Shown piece by piece: positions 36,862 through 50,200 of a stretch of DNA of 64,000 bases (position 1 is its first letter; each line of letters starts with the position of its first letter). A program made the position numbers and the translations under genes. The stretch covers positions 6,326,001-6,390,000 of the forward strand of contig OZ249436.1 of the NCBI GenBank assembly GCA_965235115.1, given 5' to 3'. Source of the stretch: Laetmonice hystrix. Its lineage: Eukaryota. The notes beneath the pieces were generated by a model. It searched no databases. It was given only the letters and a program-made list of their open reading frames with translations, and was not told where the DNA came from.

Positions 36862-39800
36862 ATGAAGACGGCGCTACTCATTTCAGTCGTAGTACTTGGT
36901 GAGTTACTCGATTATACATTGCTCTTTACACGTTTCCTACGATCGGTACTATGATCTGCTGGCATATTCGCAAACTTCGCCACTTCTTGGGCTAGCAAGT
37001 CAAGCACACATTAATCATGAACTTAAAGGCAGTGTTGACTCTCATTTTGATGCAGCATCAAGGAATGACCAACACGAATATCGTGTTGCGTTCAAGATAA
37101 TGAGAGATAGTGTAATTAGTGGTTGTCATCTCTTTCTCTTCCATATTTCAGCTGCTATAGGTGCTGCACTTTGCAGTACGACGACTGAGGATCCTATCAC
37201 AAGACCTCCTAGAAATGAGACGTTTGGCAACGAGACCATGTTTAACTCCTCAATGTCCGGGAACGATACCAGGCCGTTCGGACGAGGACCCCCAAGGATT
37301 GGGGGCGGACCCCCAAGGATCGGAGGACTAAGCATCAGTAAGAGAGGCGTGGACATGAGGGCCCTCAAACAGATCGACGTGAGTTTTTCAGTTTGAATTT
37401 TTCTGAGAGTAAAAAAGAATAATTATGTCAACTCAAAACGGGCTGAAAAAAAGGAAAAAGGAATTTCATTATTCACGCCTGCCCTTGTTATATCTTCGGA
37501 GATTTACGTGGAATAAGGTTTTGCGACCATAGATGCGACCTTTGCCTTAAAGAAGACACAGTTTGAACATATTGCAAATGGTCTGAAACACCCTGTATAC
37601 TAGCAATGATAGCCCTACATCTCTCGTTTGATGTATTTCACAGCCAGCGACTTTGAGGGACTCTGTGAGAAGTATGTCAAGATCGGAGAAGGACGACTTA
37701 TGTTTTGGTGTCATGAATGGAGGCGCAGACAAGAGAACAATGGACCTGTTAAAATCCCAAGGGGTCGACTGTGTCGGTGCTATGAGAAGAGACCCCTCGG
37801 TAAGTTTCATCTGATGTTACGTGCCTGCACAGTACTTTACCAAAGTGTAGGCCTACTAGTACAGTGTCCCTTCATGTTTACTAACCGAACGATGATTTAC
37901 AACGTTGTCTGTATCTCTGCCACAGTTCAGGCCAAAGGGCGGCCAAGCCGTGCTGGCCTTCGACCAGATGAAGGCCGACAACCCTCCGTCCAGTTGGAAC
38001 GATTCCGACTGGGCCGTAGCCTTCAAACAGATGGGATCAGCTGTCAAGGCATCTGACATCCGCCAGATGGGACCTGACGTTATGAGGGCCCTGTAAGTGC
38101 TAATTTACCTCCCAGACATATATATAACCTATGCAGAAATAATAAACACCATATAAAAATAAAAATGTTCACCAGGTTTACTGTAAATACCATGCCTATT
38201 CTGGATTCTTTACTTTAGAGTCTTGAGCGGGGATCTCCAGCAAGCTTCAAACGTCCATCCGAGAGGCGGGCGCTCGAAACGCAACTGAGAGGTGCCTTTG
38301 GCGATCCTACAGCATGGAACAGCAGTACTTTGGCAGATATGGGTCCCCTTCTCGGTAAAATGGACACCAAGACCCTCAGATCTATCCCTAAAGCTCAGGT
38401 AATTTTGGTTTTTATATTTAATAATTCGTCAGAAATCTTGTAATGAACGTGATACAATTAACGGTTTCTGTGCGAAGTTTCGCATAATTGTTGCCAAAGG
38501 CATCCAGCGATATCGAAGACGTCATTGACACATTGACATTGGTTGACACATGGGCATAAACCTGTTCGCTTAACTACATAGAAAAATGTTTATCGCACCC
38601 AGATGAGAGCCGCCGCATCCAGCCTGAGAGATCTCAAGTTTGATGATCCAGGCAAGAAGGCCGCCATGGGAAAACAGCTAATTGAAGGACTTGGAAAGAA
38701 CGCGGCAAATACATGGACCGCCGACGATGTCAAAAAGTAAGTGCTACAACGTACACTGCTGACATATTACGATCAGGATCACAGATTAAAGTCGCGTGTT
38801 TTGCTGCAAAGTGCTGCTCTTCTTAGCTTGACAAAGTTGGAAGTATTCATTGAGTCACATGTTACTATCCAATGAAAATTGTTATAATAACAACAAATTT
38901 AACCGTAACGGCTGCAGAAAGACTATCCCTTGCTCTCAACAATAGGCACTCCCCTTCCCATTAAAAGAAATCCTGGCTAGGCCTAGGGCCTGCTAGTTGT
39001 TCCCGATTGAACTGAAGCATTATTACCTGTGTCTGCAGTGCCGACCAGTTTATCCGGGGTAACCCAAGTGTCATCAGTCGGCTGAGCGACTCGTCCCTAA
39101 CCAGCGCCATGAGTGACCTTGGTGCCCGTGAGACAGACAAGAGAGGTGTAAGTATGGAGACTGACATCTTCAAAACAATGCCTGACCTTATGTCAGAGTG
39201 AAAGATTCATTTGAAATACTTGTTTCAATACCAGGTGTAGTAAGGTTACTATTCTTACTTGTTGACAGGCTGCTCAACTGGGCAAGCGGATCAAAGGCCT
39301 GCCCGGCTATTCGAACCCGGCACAGGTTGACTCCAGTAAGGTAGCAGAGATGGGCCAACTGATGCAAGGCATGGGTCGGGACTACCTCAGCCGACTGTCA
39401 TCCTCCGCCGTACAGGGCGCTATCAGTACCCTGGCGAACGTCTCCTTCCCACGAGGTGACGCCCGCGAGCTCATGGCAAAGATCAAGGGTGACGTGAGTA
39501 CAAAAATTGGCAGATCACTAGTTGGACAAGCTAACATCGATCCTGAACCCTACATTAATCGACCTCTGTTAAATATTCCGAACAGATATATAACTTGATG
39601 TTGCTTCCTTCACAGCCTGCAGCATACGACTCGTCTAAAATGAGGGAACTTGGCCACTTGGTGACCGGACTCGAACCTGAAGATCTAGACTCCGTACCAG
39701 CTTCAGCTTTGGTTGGCGCCATTGAGGATATTGCTGACAAGGACTTCGATGTCAGCCAGTGTCGTAGTATTGTCAGGAAGGTGGGTTTATATCCAACTTT

Positions 39801-42800
39801 GGGCTGTTAAATAAACCTCATACAGAGATAAACTTACTACGTAATTGAGGAGCATCTATTTCTACATTCCTACATAAATGATTAACAGAAATAATACTAA
39901 ATGATAAAATGAACATATTATTCAAAGGTCAAACAAGCTGGTAGTGAGAACCTTGGTAGGATGGGAAAACTCATGAAGAAATGTATGACCCCTGATGACC
40001 TTGACGCCGTGTCCATCGATGACTTGGGATTGAACTGCAGCTCCAGCACGGCTCCTTCCTTCACGCCAGACAAGGCCCAGGTAGAGTTTTACTTTCAGAC
40101 TCTGTCAATTTGCTATAAATGACCGAAACAGGAAATGTAGGCAGCGACGGATGAATGAATTTGTTAGGCTGGCAAACCGGGGGGGGGGGGTATACGCTTT
40201 ATTTTATAACATCATCCTTATTGAATAGAGATACAAGCCTCCTTAGCCCCTCTGGATGTACAACTGCTCGGGCATGGCTGTCATATTCTTAACCCCGTTT
40301 TAAAACTCCGTATACCCTATATTAATCCTTACTCACATAACGTACAGGCCAAGAAACTGATGAAGAAACTCAAGGATATCTACGGCAATCCATCATCAAG
40401 CAACACCAATTACTCTTTAACCTGCCTGCAAAACTGGGGCAAGGTCGCCGCTCTCGGCATGGACGCCTCCGACTTTGAGGACCTTCCAGACAATGGTGAC
40501 TTGGCATCTATCTTTGAGGCGCTCAGCGAATACGAGGACGAGATGGACGACACACAGGTACAAGTCCTTTTGTTAAACATTAACATTTCTTATAGGATTT
40601 CTGTAAGGTTTTCCTGTCTTTGATTCTGCAACGTGAACCCCCTGCCACCCAGCTCGGCGTTCTTCATTCCACTATCTTCATAGAAGTGAAGGTAACAATA
40701 ATTTACCACCAAAAATTCCAGACTATGGCGTTGTGCACACGTCTCCGCGCTTACCTCGACATTGACAACAGCACTGCTGCCGCCGCCATCGACTCGTCCG
40801 TTGTCGAACAACTTGGTGTCTTCCTGAAACACTTCAAGTAAGCTTGATGACCCACCTATACACATAAACGAGGAAGTTTGTTTTCTGAAGAAAAGAAAAG
40901 TTGGATTAAGTGTTGATCTAGGCCTGCTGAATGGACTTCGAAATGGGTTTAATATGGAAGCGGTATACCTTCTCAGGTTATATGAAATGGAAGTCGTGAC
41001 ATCTGATCTCAATATTTTGTCTGTCTCATTACTTTACAGTACGAGTGACCTGGAGAGGTTCCCGTCAGCTGTCAGACCTGACGTTGGTCGTAAACTGGGA
41101 GAGGCCAACATGAACAGGCAGCCTAAGGCGGAGATTACTCGCCTCAAGAACTTTGCTTTGAAAAATATCGTAAGTGTCATTTTACTAGGAAACTTTAATT
41201 GGCAACCTTATGTCTCGAGCTCTGTTTTTGGCATTTGTCAATGAAAAGTCAATCTACGGTTGCAGACATCTTTTTAGAAACATTGAATCCCATTTCCAAT
41301 TATCCTTTTCCTCATTCAGCTTCGTGACGACACAAGCACCGTCACAGACCGTTCGTCTGTATCTGAACTTGACGATAATGATGTTCGTGACCTTGGAAAC
41401 CTCTTCCGGGGCCTGGAAAGCAGTGACATTAGCAAACTGAACGAATCGGCCATGGAGAGTAACATGGTGTCAATGAATGGCCAGATCCGGGACAGGCCTT
41501 CAATGGAGGCTGTATGGACACGAGTACAGGCCACTGATCCGTAAGTTGTTATAGAATCTCCATCCTGGAGGGTTTGACTTTACTCACAATAGATGCACAT
41601 TTTCTTTTTATTCTATGGAGGTATGTCCTTAAACATGAACAATAATGACACCTTCACTCCTTGGCACTCGGACACAACAAAACAACAAGATAATAAATGG
41701 ATAACTAAAACATGCGCTCACTTTTAAGAGCATGACTTTAATCATTGCTTGCTTCTATCTCTATGTCAGGACGTTCCTGAACAGCGCCGATAATGTAATC
41801 ACGAGTGCTGGTCTGGTAGGAGGAATGCCACAGGCCACTATCGACGCCACAGACAAGGTATTATAGCTGTGGTCTTCTACCTGTCAGTACAATACAGATT
41901 ATGGCAGTAATGATGACTTTCATAGTACCAAACTCGTCAACACTGGTCAGTTCTGTAACCATTACCGTCATTCCATTTACAGTCGGTTCTTGGCGAGGCA
42001 CTCAGTGACGCTGCCGAAATGATGCAGCAACGTAAGGTGAACGATAGAGCACGTGACCAGGCAGGTTTTCGCGGTGAAATATCAGCGGCTGACAAGACAA
42101 GCATGGGTGGGAGCAAATCGAGATTTGTCCTCAGGGCGTTTGAAAGATACCAGGCAGCTCAGACTACCAGCAGTAGGAGAAGGAGAAGAGCAACAAGTGA
42201 GTCAATGTTAATGGGTAACCTACTTCTATCATGATATCGTTTATCGTAAACCACCGTTAGTTCTACTTTTCTTCAAGAAATCTGGTCATGCAATATGAAG
42301 ACTAGATTGCTAGGGTGGGATACTTTATCAGAGACGGTAAATCAGCGTTCTGAAACATTCGGACTCTATTGGCAAATGCATGTACGTGTACATGATTTCA
42401 AGTGACCTCTCGTTTGACCATGTGGTTCTTTACCCACAGCTGCCATCACTTGTTCGGACATTCAAGTGCTGGGTTCGAACGCTGTCCAACTGACCACCTC
42501 CCAGCTGGACACGTTGACCTCGGCGGAGTTCACTGACTGTACCGAGACCCTGGGCGGAATCACAGACTGGAGCTCGGAACAACTCACATCACTCGCAACA
42601 AAGGCTAAATCCGTAAGTTTCTATACTATGCCAGACTATGGTTAAGCGTTTAAAAGTCCGTAATAAGTCTGACCTCCTAATGCCCTAGTTTATATAAACG
42701 AATTATATTTTAATATTTTTTTCTGGATGAACTAAAGAATTTGATTTTTTCCAGACATATGGGACACCATCGACGTGGACGTCGACAGAGATCAAGCTGT

Positions 42801-44425
42801 GTGGATCCGTCGTAGCTGGACTGTCTGTCTCTGAGATCGGAACCCTCAACTTAAACTCCTCCTCCGTCATGGCAGCCATAGGGGCCACCACGGCTTACAG
42901 CTCAGCCCAGGTCCGTACTGATCGGCTGACACTTTGTTTGTTAACCATTGCTGGTTCATGTATACCATTCGTACATTGCTTGTTGTTCAGTAATTAATTC
43001 ATTTTCTCCTGACTTGATTACAGTTGAAGACCGGGTTCGCTCGCTACCTGTCTGTGGCCAAGTCTGACACCGCCTCGTCAGTAACAGGGGACGAGCTCAT
43101 GACTATGGGTAACTTCGCATGTGGTGCCGAGACCAGCCACATCAGTAGCTTCTCCACGTCCACTTACAGGTAGGTCTGGGGGACGGATCCCAACACGAAA
43201 TGTCCTATTACAAATGTGAACTTAGCTCCTGGTCCAACAATCATGTACAACTGAATGACTGTACAGATAAGGTTCTGAGCCTGTAGTATAAGACTGAAAA
43301 AGACTGAGATCTACAATTAAAAGCAGAAGGATATAGAAGAGATATATAAAATGGAGAAGTGGCAAATCTAATTTGGCCTATATTATTTCCATTTATCACA
43401 GCACTGCCGCAAGTAGTATCGGTGCCTTGACTACATGTGACAGTGGCCAGTTGTCGGGCTACGCCACGAAGGCCAAGGCCGTCTACGGGGCCACCTCCAC
43501 CTGGGATTCCACTACCATCACCACAGTTGGAAGCGTCATTGGTACGTATAACAAGTCTGTCAAAGAAATATAAGATACTTATGAGACTCGTTCAAAGGCC
43601 TCCATGTAGATCTAATCCTGTTAGAATCAACAACTCCCCCGACGATCTTACATTTTTATGGTGTGTTTTTCAGGAGGTCTCACCTCTTCTGAGTTGGCTG
43701 CCCTAACGTCTGCCCAGTTGGCGTCCGTATCAGCTACTTCCATCGCTCAGATCCCGCCAGCCACCTTCGCCGTAAGTTGACACATACCATTGTAATACCA
43801 TTATACCCTTATTGGTATGGTTATACGATGTCGATGTTGATAGTTATGTACACAAATGGTCACCGACCATTAAATGGTCACCGATGAGGATCGAACCACC
43901 CCTAACCGGCTATACTCTTCCCTCCAGGGTCTGACGTCATCCCAGCTGGCTGGACTTTCAACGGCTCAGGCTAACTCTGTGACAGGCAACCAGCAGGCAG
44001 CCCTCAGTACGGTCCAGCTCAACAGTCTCTTCTCGGCAGGAGCCAGTCAGAAACCAGCCACGACAGGTCCCAACAGCGGGACGGGTGAGCATGCATTATT
44101 ACTTTACTCGATATATTTTAGTTTATACAGTTGTAAGTGGCAGTATTATAGTCATGGTATGTTATAGGTAAAGAAATATTCTGATATCAAGCCAAGTATT
44201 GGTAAACAACAATACTCAGGAAGCCATATTGCCAGAGAGTGTCTCACAACACAGTACTTTTTCATAAGGCCTCACGAGGCAGTAGGCCTACTGCAATGTT
44301 GAACTGAACGCGTGCCTGTAGGTCAGTGTATCAGATGTTCTCATGATTGCTTTGTTATTCTTCCAGCCACTGTACGATTCTCCGTCTTCATGGTTCTACC
44401 CATCATCCTCCACAAGCTGCTGTAA
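36862..44425 (+). pseudogene. Otoancorin/mesothelin-like gene, copy 2, frameshifted in exon 5
   Basis: Same 23-exon layout, with the homologous stop at 44423-44425. Exon 5 reads CAAGCTTCAAA (38241-38251) against CAAGCCGATA(C/G)CTTCAAA in the other copies. This 7-nt deletion gives TGA at 38286-38288 and a ~218-aa product. Confidence 0.75.
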
Positions 44426-44970
44426 ACCATGCCAGAGATGATCATTTCCGTTACGATCCGGATTCTAGCCATTATAATGGTCCCTTGCTCCACTTGGCGC
44501 GAGCAGTTTGACCAGTTATCATCCTGACAGCCTGCCTTGTATACCTGGAGATATCAACGATCATTGTACAACATCATTTAACATATACAATCATTGTATT
44601 AAACACTGCTGTATATTATCCAGGATCAATGTACGAACTGTTGTAAGATTTCTAAATCAATGGAAGGTTCCCCCAGTCTTTGTGCCAATTACTGTAAGGA
44701 TTCAAAAGTCAGTGCAAAACTTTGTTAGAGCTCCAAAGTAACTGCCCATGTGGCTGAAGATATTACCTATATATGTACTTATATATAATTTTACAACATG
44801 CTTTTAGATCTACGCAACCAATCTTTGCGTTGGTCAGAAACCATGGTCTCAGGCCAGAAGCGTGCTCAACTTTGTTTTCTTGTTAATAGTCATATTCGCT
44901 CATGTCCATCAACTTGTAAGTTTCACCTTGACCTCAGTTGTGGCATTTATGTCTTTTAATTTGATATGAA

Positions 44971-44976
44971 AATAAA
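44971..44976 (+). terminator. Putative polyadenylation signal AATAAA, copy 2
   Basis: Homologous to the copy 1 site. Confidence 0.5.
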
Positions 44977-46687
44977 CATATTTTATATTTTAAACTACTT
45001 CGGTCCGGCATTGCAATTTTTGACATGCAGTTTTAAAAAGACATTAATTTTTAGACGTTTTGACCTATTTATCTGAAATTTGTTCCACAGGCCCCAAATA
45101 ACCAGTTGATATCATATGCAAAATATAATTATATTGGGATAAAAAATGATGAAGTTATATTCAAGATAAAAGTGTTCCAGGTTTTTTGGCTCACCCGATA
45201 AATTACAGCTTACAGAAACATGCTACTCTTCTTTTTTTTCCTTCATCGATTTACCTCCCCCCCCCCCCACACACACACAGCGTTTTAGGCCTACTTCACG
45301 ATTGTCATGTCACCTTGGCTTCAATTCACATAGGGTTCCTTGGACTTTGATCTCTCTCTTCTATACTTTCCTGCAGCTTCTATTAAAACATTGGTCAGAG
45401 TTTACACTATGGGACGATGACTGTAATCGTAGGAGAATGTAGACAATAGGTCATCATGGTGTGATCAACATTTAAGTGATAGGGTGTGATATATATAAAC
45501 TTAGGTGCTTATTCGTTTGAGGTGTTAATCCGTTCACAGCCCCCCCCCCCCCCCCTCCAGCAGCCTGAAACAGGTCTCACCAAGGTTGAACGATACGGAC
45601 CACAGCTAAAAGAGATTGCAATATTAAAGACTGCATTACACATGAGACAGGGGTATTTTGTTCACGAACAAAAATCCGCTCGTGCGCGGTGATCAAAACG
45701 CCGAACAATTACAATGTATTGTTCGTTGGTATTCGACATGTTTAATATTTCCGAACAAATGTTCGTCGTCTGCGGTGAACCAGGAATTTCTGTTAAAGGT
45801 TCCCGAATAATTCTCCGAGCGGATTTTTTGAATGTTCGCGAACATGTTCGTCGTCTGCGGTTTCCAAGTAGGCCTATAATCCGTATAGTTCGACATAACT
45901 GTCATAATAAAAGTTCAACCTTTGTTATGCATGTAGGCTTATGGCGCTGGCCTCCCAGTGCCTCCCCACGCCCAATTAACCTCCTAGTAGTGAGTAGTTA
46001 AGAGACATTCGGAGGCGATCGGGAGGTACCTTCGCGTAGTGGAGCATACCTAGAACTGCTTCACTGTACTCCCGCTAGGGAGCCCCCTGGTGGCGGCGGA
46101 TGGAGTGAGCCGTGTAACACTGACAGTGCTAGAGCATACCCCGCGGTGCGGGACCTGGGCGCGAAGGTCGTTTCCACAGCTCCCGAAGGTAGCAAAAGTG
46201 AGATCAAAAGTTTTTGATATTTTCCGCTCGCGAAGCCTCCACGCTCCCGAAGATCAGGTCAGCTGCTGATCATCACGTGATCATCGATTCGCCGTACGAA
46301 ATTACAGTTCGCGGCGTGTGACCACGTGGGCACATGGACCAGGAAGCATTCCGACATTGCGCGTGGACGTAATAAATATATAACTGCATGTTCTTTCTTC
46401 AATTGTGACACTTACTTTTTTGGATTTTTTTTTGTATAACTTCTTTTATCTTTCGCACATTTCTGTGGGTTTTTTTTGGGGGGGGGGGTTATGTTGTGTG
46501 CTTTCATTATTCCATTATCATTTCCTTTTGACCCACCACCAACTCCTGCTGTAGATCTCAATAAAAACCGCTATGTTATTAAAGAAACATCAAACTCTTT
46601 TTTTATTTTTCAAAAATGGTAGTTACGAGGCATATAGCTATTTCCATTATTTTAAGGCCAGATTTCGGGGTTTACGCCTTGCCTTCG

Positions 46688-46689
<2 letters not shown>

Positions 46690-46761
<72 letters not shown>
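46690..46761. repeat. (GA)n microsatellite at the unit 2/3 junction
   Basis: Directly visible. Confidence 0.95.
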
Positions 46762-46763
<2 letters not shown>

Positions 46764-47179
46764 TTTAAAAAGGATATTTCAGGAGTTGTACAATAGGTTT
46801 TACTATACACTCTGGCTCACAGCCTAACTTAATTGTAAATTAGCACCTTCTATCCCGTCCCAACATGTAACAAATTGCACCAGAAAGCCGAGCTGAAATC
46901 CTACCATATAGAAATAAATTACTTTGAGTCGTCTCTTCAATTTCTGTTTTCTCTGCTCTCTCTCTATCTATCTCTCTCTCTCTCTCTCTGTATGTCTGTC
47001 TGTGTGTGTGTGTGTCTCTCTCTTATTATTGTTTATGTTTAGTGTTAAGTAGCTTTCTATGTGTAAAAGCTGTATGGAAGAAAATGCTAAACTTGATCTG
47101 GTCACATGGTAACGTAAATATTTTCATGTTACCAAGTAATATGCAACAAGAGTGCGTCTGCGCGAAATCCGATAATTGT

Positions 47180-47193
47180 GCTTATATATAAGC
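47180..47193 (+). promoter_or_regulatory. TATA box palindrome, copy 3
   Basis: GCTTATATATAAGC upstream of ATG 47253. Confidence 0.6.
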
Positions 47194-47252
47194 TGACGGG
47201 AACTCATTACGACCAAAACGGCCTTCTCGTGTAGCACATCAACCAACTCGCT

Positions 47253-50200
47253 ATGAAGACGGCGCTACTCATTTCAGTCGTAGTACTTGGTGAGTTACTC
47301 GATTATACATTGCTCTTTACACGTTTCCTACGATCGGTACTATGATCTGCTGGCATATTCGCAAACTTTGCCACTTCTTGGGCTAGCAAGTCAAGCACAC
47401 ATTAATCATGAACTTAAAGGCAGTGTTGACTCTCATTTTGATGCAGCATCAAGGAATGACCAACACGAATATCGTGTTGCGTTCAAGATAATGAGAGATA
47501 GTGTAATTAGTGGTTGTCATCTCTTTCTCTTCCATATTTCAGCTGCTATAGGTGCTGCACTTTGCAGTACGACGACTGAGGATCCTATCACAAGACCTCC
47601 TAGAAATGAGACGTTTGGCAACGAGACCATGTTTAACTCCTCAATGTCCGGGAACGATACCAGGCCGTTCGGACGAGGACCCCCAAGGATTGGGGGCGGA
47701 CCCCCAAGGATCGGAGGACTAAGCATCAGTAAGAGAGGCGTGGACATGAGGGCCCTCAAACAGATCGACGTGAGTTTTCAGTTTGAATTTTTCTGAGAGT
47801 AAAAAAGAATAATTATGTCAACTCAAAACGGGCTGAAAAAAAGGAAAAAGGAATTTCATTATTCACGCCTGCCCTTGTTATATCTTCGGAGATTTACGTG
47901 GAATAAGGTTTTGCGACCATAGATGCGACCTTTGCCTTAAAGAAGACACAGTTTGAACATATTGCAAATGGTCTGAAACACCCTGTATACTAGCAATGAT
48001 AGCCCTACATCTCTCGTTTGATGTATTTCACAGCCAGCGACTTTGAGGGACTCTGTGAGAAGTATGTCAAGATCGGAGAAGGACGACTTATGTTTTGGTG
48101 TCATGAATGGAGGCGCAGACAAGAGAACAATGGACCTGTTAAAATCCCAAGGGGTCGACTGTGTCGGTGCTATGAGAAGAGACCCCTCGGTAAGTTTCAT
48201 CTGATGTTACGTGCCTGCACAGTACTTTACCAAAGTGTAGGCCTACTAGTACAGTGTCCCTTCATGTTTACTAACCGAACGATGATTTACAACGTTGTCT
48301 GTATCTCTGCCACAGTTCAGGCCAAAGGGCGGCCAAGCCGTGCTGGCCTTCGACCAGATGAAGGCCGACAACCCTCCGTCCAGTTGGAACGATTCCGACT
48401 GGGCCGTAGCCTTCAAACAGATGGGATCAGCTGTCAAGGCATCTGACATCCGCCAGATGGGACCTGACGTTATGAGGGCCCTGTAAGTGCTAATTTACCT
48501 CCCAGACATATATATAACCTATGCAGAAATAATAAACACCATATAAAAATAAAAATGTTCACCAGGTTTACTGTAAATACCATGCCTATTCTGGATTCTT
48601 TACTTTAGAGTCTTGAGCGGGGATCTCCAGCAAGCCGATAGCTTCAAACGTCCATCCGAGAGGCGGGCGCTCGAAACGCAACTGAGAGGTGCCTTTGGCG
48701 ATCCTACAGCATGGAACAGCAGTACTTTGGCAGATATGGGTCCCCTTCTCGGTAAAATGGACACCAAGACCCTCAGATCTATCCCTAAAGCTCAGGTAAT
48801 TTTGGTTTTTATATTTAATAATTCGTCAGAAATCGTGTAATGAACGTGATACAATTAACGGTTTCTGTGCGAAGTTTCGCATAATTGTTGCCAAAGGCAT
48901 CCAGCGATATCGAAGACGTCATTGACACATTGACATTGGTTGACACATGGGCATAAACCTGTTCGCTTAACTACATAGAAAAATGTTTATCGCACCCAGA
49001 TGAGAGCCGCCGCATCCAGCCTGAGAGATCTCAAGTTTGATGATCCAGGCAAGAAGGCCGCCATGGGAAAACAGCTAATTGAAGGACTTGGAAAGAACGC
49101 GGCAAATACCTGGACCGCCGACGATGTCAAAAAGTAAGTGCTACAACGTACACTGCTGACATATTACGATCAGGATCACAGATTACACTCGCGTGTTTTG
49201 CTGCAAAGTGCTGCTCTTCTTAGCTTGAAAAAGTTGGAAGTTAAAATTTAACCGTAACGGCTGCAGAAAGACTATCCCTTGCTCTCAACAATAGGCACTT
49301 CCCTTCCCATTAAAAGAAATCCTGTCCAGGCCTAGGGCCTGCTAGTTGTTCCTGATTGAACTGAAGCATTATTACCTGTGTGCCTGCAGTGCCGACCAGT
49401 TTATCCGGGGTAACCCAAGTGTCATCAGTCGGCTGAGCGACTCGTCCCTAACCAGCGCCATGAGTGACCTTGGTGCCCGTGAGACAGACAAGAGAGGTGT
49501 AAGTATGGAGACTGACATCTTCAAAACAATGCCTGACCTTATGTCAGAGTGAAAGATTCATTTGAAATACTTGTGTCAATACCAGGTGTAGTAAGGTAAC
49601 TATTCTTACTTGTTGACAGGCTGCTCAACTGGGCAAGCGGATCAAAGGCCTGCCCGGCTATTCGAACCCGGCACAGGTTGACTCCAGTAAGGTAGCAGAG
49701 ATGGGCCAACTGATGCAAGGCATGGGTCGGGACTACCTCAGCCGACTGTCATCCTCCGCCGTACAGGGCGCTATCAGTACCCTGGCGAACGTCTCCTTCC
49801 CACGAGGTGACGCCCGCGAGCTCATGGCAAAGATCAAGGGTGATGTGAGTACAACAATTGGCAGATCACTAGTTGGACAAGCTGACATCGATCCTGAACC
49901 CTACATTAATCGACCTCTGTTAAATATTCCGAACAGATATATAACTTGATGTTCCTTCCTTCACAGCCTGCAGCATACGACTCGTCTAAAATGAGGGAAC
50001 TTGGCCACTTGGTGACGGGACTCGAACCTGAAGATCTAGACTCCGTACCAGCTTCAGCTTTGATTGGCGCCATTGAGGATATTGCTGACAAGGACTTCGA
50101 TGTCAGCCAGTGTCGTAGTATTGTCAGGAAGGTGGGTTTATATCCAACTTTGGGCTGTTAAATAAACCTCATACAGAGATAAACTTAGTACGTAATTGAG

